DNA of 64,000 bases from Promethearchaeota archaeon (GTDB lineage Archaea > Asgardarchaeota > Lokiarchaeia > Sigyniarchaeales > SOKP01): positions 32,001 through 96,000 of the forward strand of contig JBHLOY010000007.1 in the NCBI GenBank assembly GCA_048939995.1, given 5' to 3'. The translations under genes were made by a program, and so were the position numbers. Every line of letters starts with the position of its first letter. Within the stretch, counting starts at the first letter, position 1. Positions 9,803-17,769 of the stretch are shown piece by piece. The notes beneath the pieces were generated by a model. The model was not told the DNA's origin. It searched no databases and worked only from the letters and a program-made list of their open reading frames with translations.

Positions 9803-10570
9803 TTAAAATCCATCAAATTTAGCCCATTCATCATCTTCTTCAAAATCTTCTTCTTCTTCCTCATATTCGTCAAATTTTTCTTGATCCTCACGATCTGCAT
9901 ACTCCTCTTCAGCTTCTCCATAATCATCATCAAATGTAATTGATTTTTCTAAATCTGTTGAAACTTCAGCTTGACTAACTTGTACCCTTGGGATTTCTTT
10001 CTCTGAGGCCTTTTTCTCTACTAATTTTAAATAATCTCCATGAATCTTTATAGTAATTGGAGTTTCTTCTTGTAATAATCTTACTACTACCTCTTCACTA
10101 CTTGAGGTATCATGAGGCATTCGCATCACAATCGCTCGAGCCCCCTCAAAAACTCCACTTATAATTTCAACTGTATCTCCTTCCTCTAAATATTCAGTTA
10201 CACTTCTTGGAAGAAGAACATGTCTTAATTCTTTTAATTTAATATTTTGAACAATTCTTCCTTTAATATGCGGGATACCTTGAACAGCTAACTGTACAGC
10301 TCTCTTCTGAGGTGCTTCGAAAAAGATATATCCCGGTAACAATGGGCTAATTAACATTGCTTTTATATCAGGAACAACATCTAAAATTTTAAACCTATAA
10401 AAGATTTGTTTTAAGATATTACTCTCTTGATTAATCGTGGTCCTAACTGCAAATAAAGTGGTAGAAACATCTTCATCTATTAGATCACCTGGCAAACTAA
10501 CTTCATTAGCATCTATATCTCTTTCCTCCTCATCCTTTACTCTATTTTCTTGATCTACCAAATTTATCAC
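9803..10570 (-). CDS. spt5: Transcription elongation factor Spt5 (NGN + KOW) with acidic tails
   Basis: LFAVRTTINQE and LPGYIFFEA form the NGN domain. EGDTVEIISGVFEG is the KOW motif. Confidence 0.88.
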   Translation of the reverse strand: MINLVDQENRVKDEEERDIDANEVSLPGDLIDEDVSTTLFAVRTTINQESNILKQIFYRFKILDVVPDIKAMLISPLLPGYIFFEAPQKRAVQLAVQGIPHIKGRIVQNIKLKELRHVLLPRSVTEYLEEGDTVEIISGVFEGARAIVMRMPHDTSSSEEVVVRLLQEETPITIKIHGDYLKLVEKKASEKEIPRVQVSQAEVSTDLEKSITFDDDYGEAEEEYADREDQEKFDEYEEEEEDFEEDDEWAKFDGF

Positions 10571-10722
10571 TTAATCCTTATTTGAATTCTCCACTATATT
10601 AACTTTTCATAAAAATCTTAGAAAAAAAAGTCTAAGATAATAAGGTATTTATAAATTTTAAAATTTTGCTTTTAATCTGAACTACTAATATCGTAATTTA
10701 TAATTTCACAAGAGTATATGAT

Positions 10723-11112
10723 TTAGAAGGGGATATTATTAACATCTAATATTTCAGGTATTCTTTTCTTACGTTCGAGCCATCCTATCTCTGCATTGGT
10801 ATATCTCCAAGTAATTTCGCACTTACCGGACTCACCGCTAGTTTCCGTTTCCCAATCCCACGGATTTACAATAACTAAATCGCCTTTGCGAATCCACACT
10901 CTTTTCTTTATTTTACCACGAATTCTACCAATTCGATGTTTTCCATCTTCACAAAATACACCCATACGATCATTGCCATATATTTCAACTACTCTTCCAA
11001 ACATTTCTCCTAAATTTTTGCTAGGAAATTTAACACGAGTAATCACTGGAGGCTCAGTAGTCCCCCCTCGGCCTTTACCTTTTTTAGCTTTTTTTGTTTT
11101 TTTTTTTGCCAT
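10723..11112 (-). CDS. eif1a: Translation initiation factor aIF1A/eIF1A
   Basis: GNDRMGVFCEDG..IRGKIKKRVWIRKGDLVIV.PW..ITWRYT. Confidence 0.95.
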   Translation of the reverse strand: MAKKKTKKAKKGKGRGGTTEPPVITRVKFPSKNLGEMFGRVVEIYGNDRMGVFCEDGKHRIGRIRGKIKKRVWIRKGDLVIVNPWDWETETSGESGKCEITWRYTNAEIGWLERKKRIPEILDVNNIPF

Positions 11113-11138
11113 ATATAATTACTTGGAATGATTATTTA

Positions 11139-11477
11139 TTATTCAATTTTATCATCTGGTTTATAATCTCCTTTGATAAATACTATTTTAACAGGTTTAT
11201 TAGAATCATTTCTTATGTTATGCATCTCTTTTGGTTCACATAGGAAGACACTTCCTTGGGGAGCTTTATATTCTTTATTATCAATAATCATTACACCCTC
11301 ACCTTCCAAAAAATAAAAAGTTTCATCCACTATATTATGACCATGAGCTTTCTTTCCCATCAATTCACCCGGATTTAGTAAGATTAGCCCCCAATCAATA
11401 CTCGGTCCTCGCATTAAATATTTCACACCACTTTCACCATTTCTATACTTAAAATCTGATTCATGTACCTTCTTCAT
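11139..11477 (-). CDS. Cupin-domain protein
   Basis: HGH..E.FYFLEGEG and P..MHNIRN motifs. Confidence 0.85.
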   Translation of the reverse strand: MKKVHESDFKYRNGESGVKYLMRGPSIDWGLILLNPGELMGKKAHGHNIVDETFYFLEGEGVMIIDNKEYKAPQGSVFLCEPKEMHNIRNDSNKPVKIVFIKGDYKPDDKIE

Positions 11478-11627
11478 TTTAAATCCCTAATCGAGTTTCT
11501 CTTATTATTACGAATTATCTTATGTAAGTTAAAAATCTTATTATAAAAACCTTAATGTTTGTATATTGCATTTAACATTATTATTAAATAGAAAAATTTC
11601 TCAATCAAAAAGAAAAAGGATAGAACT

Positions 11628-12815
11628 ATGATTCCTAATTTCAATTTTGCTAGTATTCCTCAAATTTTATTTGGTTCTGGAACGATTAATCAACTCTTTA
11701 GCATAATTCCTCAATATGGAAGGAATTTATTGTATGTAATAGGGAAAAATTCACTTAGGAACTCAAAAAAATGGAATGAAGTGATAGATAAATCGGATGT
11801 GAATTCCCTCAATTATTCTATCATTTCTATTCGAGGGGAACCATCTCCAAACCTCATCGATAGTTTCATAGATCAATATAGAAACCAAAAGATAGATCTT
11901 GTAGTTGGAATAGGGGGTGGAAGCGTTATTGATGCTGGAAAGGCAATATCTGCGATGCTATTGAAAAAAGATTCAGTTAAGGATTATTTAGAGGGCGTCG
12001 GAATCAAAAAGCATGATGGTATAAAGATTCCATATATCGCAGTTCCCACAACCTCAGGTACGGGAAGTGAGGCTACAAAAAATGCTGTTCTTAGTGAAGT
12101 GGGACCTGAAGGATTTAAAAAATCACTAAGACATGATAATCTAATTCCCAATTATGCTATTATTGACCCTGAGCTTACAATTTCGTGTCCTGCATCAGTT
12201 ACAGCTGCATGTGGGTTAGATGCCTTTACTCAACTTTTAGAAGCGTATACTTCAAATAAATCGAACCCTATGACAGACTCACTAGCTTATAGTGGTATGA
12301 TATATATGAAGGATGCTATAATACCTGTTTGTACAACTAATCCCTCTGATTTGAATCTGAGAGCAATAATGGCATATGGGGCATTAATGTCAGGTATTTG
12401 TCTAGCAAACGCGGGGCTAGGAATTGTTCACGGATTAGCATCATCTATTGGAGGTTTCTTTCGAATTCCTCATGGGGTTGTTTGTGGAACTCTTTTAGCT
12501 GAGAGTACTAGAATGAATATTATGAATTTGAAAAAGCTTGGTTCCTCTGGTTTAGAAGCATTACAGAAATATGCGACAATTGGTGCTTTATTCGATAAAA
12601 AAAAAATTATTGAAAAAACACAAATTGAATATTACTGTTCACTCCTAATTAGTAATTTAGAAAAATGGACTATTGATCTAGGTATTGAGGGGTTAGGCAA
12701 GTATGGCATAAGTGTGAACGACATTGAGAAGATAGTGAATAGCGCTGGAATAAAAAATAACCCTGTTCCATTAAGTGAAGAAAATATCTATAAAATTATG
12801 GAATCCCGTATTTAG
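11628..12815 (+). CDS. Iron-containing alcohol dehydrogenase
   Basis: GGGSVIDAGK, PTTSGTGSE, DAFTQLLE, GIVHGLA and PHG motifs. Confidence 0.93.
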   Translation: MIPNFNFASIPQILFGSGTINQLFSIIPQYGRNLLYVIGKNSLRNSKKWNEVIDKSDVNSLNYSIISIRGEPSPNLIDSFIDQYRNQKIDLVVGIGGGSVIDAGKAISAMLLKKDSVKDYLEGVGIKKHDGIKIPYIAVPTTSGTGSEATKNAVLSEVGPEGFKKSLRHDNLIPNYAIIDPELTISCPASVTAACGLDAFTQLLEAYTSNKSNPMTDSLAYSGMIYMKDAIIPVCTTNPSDLNLRAIMAYGALMSGICLANAGLGIVHGLASSIGGFFRIPHGVVCGTLLAESTRMNIMNLKKLGSSGLEALQKYATIGALFDKKKIIEKTQIEYYCSLLISNLEKWTIDLGIEGLGKYGISVNDIEKIVNSAGIKNNPVPLSEENIYKIMESRI

Positions 12816-12818
12816 CAT

Positions 12819-13352
12819 TCATTTAAATCCATATTTTCCAACATGAAGAATTATTTCTTTTGCTAACAATTTAAAAGCTATATCTATATTTTCTCCGGTC
12901 TTACTAGATATTCTTAAATATTCAAAAAAGTTATATTTTTGCATAAATTCGAATATAAAATCACCAGAAAGCATAATTGATTCCTTCAAGTCTGATTTTG
13001 AGCCAATAAATAAAATGGGTAAATCAGGATTTTCTGTTCTGCATACATCCACCCACTCTCCTATTTTTTCTAAGGTAATAGGCCGGGTGGGATCAAATAA
13101 TAAAAGAGCCCCTTTTGCCCCTCTAGCATAATTTTTAAGAAGAAAGCGAAAGCGTTCTTGACCTCCAAAATCCCAAATTTGTAAAATAATTTTCTCATAA
13201 TCAAGCTCTATAGTTTTTAAGAAAAATTCAACACCAATTGTCATTTGCAAATTTTCAATGAATTTTCCTTCAATATACCTATGAAGCATTGTGGTTTTCC
13301 CAACTCCTCCATCTCCAGCAATAATTGTTTTAAAAACTTTCGGTTTGGACAT
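12819..13352 (-). CDS. Rab-like small GTPase
   Basis: GDGGVGKT (G1), TIGVEF (G2), WDFGGQERF (G3), GSKSD (G4) and SSKTG (G5). Confidence 0.93.
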   Translation of the reverse strand: MSKPKVFKTIIAGDGGVGKTTMLHRYIEGKFIENLQMTIGVEFFLKTIELDYEKIILQIWDFGGQERFRFLLKNYARGAKGALLLFDPTRPITLEKIGEWVDVCRTENPDLPILFIGSKSDLKESIMLSGDFIFEFMQKYNFFEYLRISSKTGENIDIAFKLLAKEIILHVGKYGFK

Positions 13353-13434
13353 TTAAAAGCACTTTTATTGTATGATTATTAAAATGGCTACTTCATTATT
13401 TGAAATATCAAAAAGTATTAAATTTTTTCTTAAT

Positions 13435-13866
13435 TTAATCAAAAGTTAAATATTTTTTCTGCCTTAGAAAAATTGTGCTAATTCCCAACCTTTTCACTTC
13501 CTTTCGTAGCTTAGAATCATTCGTGGCCAAAAAAACGCGCCACTTTTTTTCTTTTAAGTTAATACACTGCTTTATTAAAAATTCATCCGTAGTTTCAGAT
13601 TCCAATTTTACTTTATTCTTAATTTCAATATGAAATCTCTCTTTATTTGACTCTAGGTAAATTAAACTTGATTTTAGTTCCGTTTGAAATTTTGACGTTG
13701 TTGACTCACGCCTACTTTTTGCTTCTAATTCATCTAATATTTGTTTGTATATAATAAAACATGTTTTACCTTCAATCTCTAAGCAAATTTCATTAAAGTA
13801 ATCGATTTTAAATTGAAAAGGAAGTAAAATGAAGTTAGAATCAATAACAACTACATTATTAAACAT
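13435..13866 (-). CDS. PIN-domain nuclease, Fcf1/Utp24-like
   Basis: IDSNF, ILDELE, TTDEF and LATNDSKLRK..IFLRQK give the complete acidic tetrad. Confidence 0.85.
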   Translation of the reverse strand: MFNNVVVIDSNFILLPFQFKIDYFNEICLEIEGKTCFIIYKQILDELEAKSRRESTTSKFQTELKSSLIYLESNKERFHIEIKNKVKLESETTDEFLIKQCINLKEKKWRVFLATNDSKLRKEVKRLGISTIFLRQKKYLTFD

Positions 13867-13880
13867 TTTACAAATTAGAA

Positions 13881-14402
13881 TTAAAATATCTGTTTTTCTA
13901 ATATTCTTTTTGTTAATAAGTCAAAAGCAAATTTTACATTTTCTCCAGATTTGCTCGAAACTCGTAAATAGTCAAATAAATTAAAATCGCTCTTAAAATT
14001 CAATGCATATTCATCATTAACCATAATTTCATCCTGTAAATCGTTCTTTGTACCTAAAAATAAGATTGGAAGGTTTGGATTCCCCTTTCGACAAATATTA
14101 ACCCACTGTTCTAGATTTTCAAGAGTTATAGGGCGTGTTAGGTCGAACATAAGCAAAGCACCTTTCGCTCCTAATACATAACTTTCCAGCAAGAATCGAA
14201 AACGTTCCTGGCCTCCAAAGTCCCAAAGTTGGAGCGTACAATGTTGGCCGTCGATCTCAATCTCTTTAAGGAAGAATTCGACTCCGATCGTCATTTTTGT
14301 CTCAGCTGAAAACCTTCCTTCAACATAACGATGTAAGAGTGTTGTCTTACCTACACCTCCTTCTCCAGCTGTCAGGATCTTAAGTATAAATTTTTTAGGC
14401 AC
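13881..14402 (-). CDS. Rab-like small GTPase (paralog of 12819..13352)
   Basis: GEGGVGKT, TIGVEF, WDFGGQERF, GTKND and SSKSG. Confidence 0.93.
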   Translation of the reverse strand: MPKKFILKILTAGEGGVGKTTLLHRYVEGRFSAETKMTIGVEFFLKEIEIDGQHCTLQLWDFGGQERFRFLLESYVLGAKGALLMFDLTRPITLENLEQWVNICRKGNPNLPILFLGTKNDLQDEIMVNDEYALNFKSDFNLFDYLRVSSKSGENVKFAFDLLTKRILEKQIF

Positions 14403-14634
14403 GATTTATTAACCTATATGTATTTTCTATTATCTTTAACTTAGCTTTTTCTAGTATTGGTATTTTTCATACTAAGAATATTTACTTATTTATAGATTTA
14501 AAGTTTTAAAACTTATTTTGTTAGATATTTGATATTAGATATTAGATAAAAATTTTTATTTTTTATTTTTTGGATTTGTGAAAAAGTAAAATATAAAGAT
14601 TAAGCTAAATAAATTTCATACTAGTATTATAAGT

Positions 14635-14922
14635 GTGATAAAAATGAAGAAGAAAAAACCAACTGAAGAAGAATTAAACAAATTAAAAGTTAAATCCTGG
14701 GGTATCTGGGAAAAGGAAAAGAGTGTTTTTGATTGGGCGTATAGCGATACAGAAACTTGTTATATATTAGATGGGGAAGTGGAAGTCACAGATTCATCAA
14801 CAGGCAAGAAACTTGAGTTTAAAAAGGGAGATTTAGTCCAATTTCCAAAAGGTTTGAAGTGTGTTTGGAATGTTAAGAAACCAGTAAGAAAACATTATAC
14901 ATATGGAGATCTTGATATATAA
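14635..14922 (+). CDS. Cupin_3 (DUF861/EutQ-like) protein
   Basis: WGIWEKE..FDWAY..ETCYILDGEV..GDLVQFPKG..W.V..PVRKHY. Confidence 0.88.
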   Translation: MIKMKKKKPTEEELNKLKVKSWGIWEKEKSVFDWAYSDTETCYILDGEVEVTDSSTGKKLEFKKGDLVQFPKGLKCVWNVKKPVRKHYTYGDLDI

Positions 14923-15102
14923 TCGAAATTCTTTATTTATGATTAATACTCATTCTTTTTTTTTATCCAAAAAATCCAAATTAGAAATTCTTAAATATCC
15001 AAAGCTAGTAATAAATAAGTGCATACAAAATTAAATTTAATCCTATTTTAAATTATTATATCAAAATAATTAAAATCTTAAATAATTGAAAGAAGAATTT
15101 AA

Positions 15103-16758
15103 ATGGAATCTATTGAAAGCAAACTTTTTGGGTCAGAAGTAAAAATAAAAGACTTTTTTAATAACATCCCTATTCCTTCCTATGTCTGGCAAAAGGTAAA
15201 AGATAATTTTATCCTTATTGAATATAATACTGCTGCTGAAAAAGCTACAAATGGCGCGATAAAAAATTATTTGGGTGAAAAAGCCTCTTTCTTCTATGAA
15301 AATAAACCTGAGCTTGTAAAAGAGTTACAAAAATGCATAACAGAAAAAAAAGGTAGTGTAAAGGAGTTAAAATATACGACGAAAACTACTGGTGAAGATT
15401 TATATTTATCAATTAGATATTATTTTGTAGCTCCAGATTTAGTAATACTTCACACAGAAGATATAACTAATCGAAGAAGAATTGAAAAAGAATTAAAAAG
15501 ATCAGAAGAAAAATTCAGACATTTATTCCAACATTCACCATACGCAATCATCCTAGTTGATTTAATGGGTACAATCTTAGACTTTAATGATTCAACTACT
15601 AGATTATTTGGTTATGAAAGAAATGATTTAATAGGGAAAAACTATCTGCAATTAACAATGTATCCGGAAGAATTTGTCACTATCCTTAAAGCAAGATACA
15701 AAAAAGCATTAGAAGTCGAACTTTTAGAGCCTATTGAACTTAAAATTACCAAAAAAAGTGGTGAAGAGGCATGGGTTCTCTCTAATTTGTCAATTCTTAA
15801 ATTAGGGAAAAAAAAACTATTACACTCAATAATTAATGATATTACAGAACAAAAAAAATTTGAGAAAACAATAAAAAGAAAACTAGAGATTGAAAGATTC
15901 TTATCTACCATCTCTTCTCGATTTATAGGAACTATTGATATAGATATGACTATTAATTTGTCATTAATAGAAATGGGTCGATTATTAGAAGCGAACCGTG
16001 CGTATCTACTATTATTTAACGAAGAAAATTCATTAGAATTTTTTACTCAGCAATGGTGTATCGAAGAAATTGAACCGCAGCATTTAGAATCAATAGTTAT
16101 ACATATTGAAAAATACCCTTGGTGTCTTAATCAGTGCAAAAATCAAGGATTTGTTTATATCCCCGATACGTCAATGCTTCCTGAAGAAGCTTTATCAACA
16201 AAGCAACGGCTAGAAACTCTACAAATAAAATCTTTTTTGGCTTTTCCTGTAATGATAAAGGGGGAATTATTTGGATTTATAGGATTTGATAATATAGAAA
16301 AAATGAAGACTTGGAATAAGGAAGACTTTTCTCTACTAAAGACTTCCTCTGAAATTATTGGAAGTGCATTAGAACGTAAATGGGCTGAAGAAACGCTAAA
16401 AAATAGTAATCAACTATTAGCTGGAATAATTTCTTCGTTAACGGATCCTATATTTTTAATTGATAAAGGTTTTAATATTCTCTGGTGTAATAATGTAGCC
16501 AAAAACAAATTTGGCTTAGAGTCTATCGGAAATAAGTGTTATGAGGTTTTAGTTAAAAATGAAGAGAGGTGTAAAAAGTGTATTGCAGAGAAAACCTTCT
16601 CTGACAGCAAAATCCATGAGCGGGAATTAAATTTAATTGATGTTAATGGGAATGTTTTTATAGCATGGTGTACTTCCAGTAGTGCAGCTCAAAATCTCGA
16701 AGGTAATACAGAATTAGCCGTACTAATTCTTAGAGATCTGACTACAAAAAAATCTTAA
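15103..16758 (+). CDS. PAS-PAS-GAF-PAS sensor protein without output domain
   Basis: PAS motifs end in EDITNRR, NDITEQK and RDLT. The GAF motif is SFLAFPV..GELFGFIGFD..W. There is no HisKA/HATPase domain. Confidence 0.85.
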   Translation: MESIESKLFGSEVKIKDFFNNIPIPSYVWQKVKDNFILIEYNTAAEKATNGAIKNYLGEKASFFYENKPELVKELQKCITEKKGSVKELKYTTKTTGEDLYLSIRYYFVAPDLVILHTEDITNRRRIEKELKRSEEKFRHLFQHSPYAIILVDLMGTILDFNDSTTRLFGYERNDLIGKNYLQLTMYPEEFVTILKARYKKALEVELLEPIELKITKKSGEEAWVLSNLSILKLGKKKLLHSIINDITEQKKFEKTIKRKLEIERFLSTISSRFIGTIDIDMTINLSLIEMGRLLEANRAYLLLFNEENSLEFFTQQWCIEEIEPQHLESIVIHIEKYPWCLNQCKNQGFVYIPDTSMLPEEALSTKQRLETLQIKSFLAFPVMIKGELFGFIGFDNIEKMKTWNKEDFSLLKTSSEIIGSALERKWAEETLKNSNQLLAGIISSLTDPIFLIDKGFNILWCNNVAKNKFGLESIGNKCYEVLVKNEERCKKCIAEKTFSDSKIHERELNLIDVNGNVFIAWCTSSSAAQNLEGNTELAVLILRDLTTKKS

Positions 16759-17315
16759 CCAAATCTCTGTTTATCTCTATACTCTTTAACTGAAATATTC
16801 CTTTCAATTATTCTATCATTTTTAATGAGGGTTTCTTCTATCGCCTTGACCTCTGCTCGAGTGCTTACTTTTCTTTTTTGAAGTTCTTCTAAAATTTCTT
16901 TTTCTCCCAACCCTTTTTTATAAAGTTCTTTGAATTTTTCAATTATTTGACTATTGTAAAATATATATTGCTTATTTAAAAAAATAATTAACCAACTTTC
17001 CTTACTTTGTTTTTGGGATAATTTAAACATCTTTTTTTGTATGTCTTCATACTTCTTCCTAAGTATTCTCGAGATTGTTTTATCATCTATGGTGTTCTGG
17101 TTTTTCAGAAATCGTTTTAACTTATTACTAAAAAATAAATCTGGAATATATGATAAACCATACAAGATTAATGTAATTATAGTCATCCAGATACCTGCTT
17201 GAAGATTGAATATGGCAACAATTATAATAATGATAATAAGCATCAAGAACCATTTCCTTCCAATCGATTTTAAAATTATTGTTAAATTTTTTGGCATATC
17301 TCCACATTCAGTCAA
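16755..17315 (-). CDS. Hypothetical membrane protein (two N-terminal TM helices, basic cytoplasmic domain)
   Basis: Hydrophobic N-terminus. The likely start is the ATG of MPKNL. Confidence 0.7.
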   Translation of the reverse strand: MTECGDMPKNLTIILKSIGRKWFLMLIIIIIIVAIFNLQAGIWMTIITLILYGLSYIPDLFFSNKLKRFLKNQNTIDDKTISRILRKKYEDIQKKMFKLSQKQSKESWLIIFLNKQYIFYNSQIIEKFKELYKKGLGEKEILEELQKRKVSTRAEVKAIEETLIKNDRIIERNISVKEYRDKQRFG

Positions 17316-17405
17316 AGAATAATTAGATAATATTATATTTTATTAAGGAACACTTAAAAAAATTATTTTTCGTTTTAATTGAATTAAACAAATTAGAAAA
17401 AAGTG

Positions 17406-17591
17406 TTTTAACCACAAAAATTTTAGCGTTTCTGGGTTCAGATGGGACCAGGTATTTTCCTGTTTTACCATGACCGTAGCCTAAGCCACAGTTAGAAAGT
17501 TCCCACAAATCTCAATTGCAGTACTGATTTCAACGCAAAACAGTTTAACTTCCAGCGCATTACGATATGGATATGATTTTTGTGGTTAAAA
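17406..17591. repeat. Perfect 16-bp inverted repeat flanking the permuted 5S gene (putative processing stem)
   Basis: TTTTAACCACAAAAAT at 17406-17421 and ATTTTTGTGGTTAAAA at 17576-17591 are exact reverse complements. Confidence 0.9.
17430..17549 (-). rRNA. rrf: 5S rRNA, circularly permuted gene (3' half 17549-17485, UUAG linker 17484-17481, 5' half 17480-17430)
   Basis: The minus strand reads GUUAAACUGUUUUGCGUUGAAAUCAGUACUGCAAUUGAGAUUUGUGGGAACUUUCUAACUGUGGC-UUAG-GCUACGGUCAUGGUAAAACAGGAAAAUACCUGGUCCCAUCUGAACCCAGAA. It shows helix I (GCUACGGU/ACUGUGGC), helix II (GUAAAACAG/CUGUUUUGC), loop C (CCCAUCUGAAC) and loop E (AGUA/GAA). Total length is 120 nt. Confidence 0.88.
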
Positions 17592-17769
17592 AATCCATTA
17601 AGACCATCTTATAAGCTTGGCTAACTTTTCTCAAAATAGCTTGCTTATATGGTTTTAAGTAAATAGAATTAATAAAAGCTACTAATTAAATTTTATTATT
17701 ATAAACCATTAAATTTAAAAGCTAAAGTTCAGAGTCTGTTATTATCTAGAAGAACTCCGTCTATTAGAG

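Noticed and set aside
17323-17508. 61-aa minus-strand ORF in the ORF track
   Set aside because: It overlaps the permuted 5S rRNA sequence and has no protein-like features, so it is a chance ORF.
17430-17549. Interpretation as two tandem, truncated 5S pseudogenes
   Set aside because: The halves are exactly complementary and non-redundant, sum to 120 nt, and are joined by a 4-nt loop. They are bounded by a BHB-like motif and a perfect 16-bp stem, which random decay would not produce.
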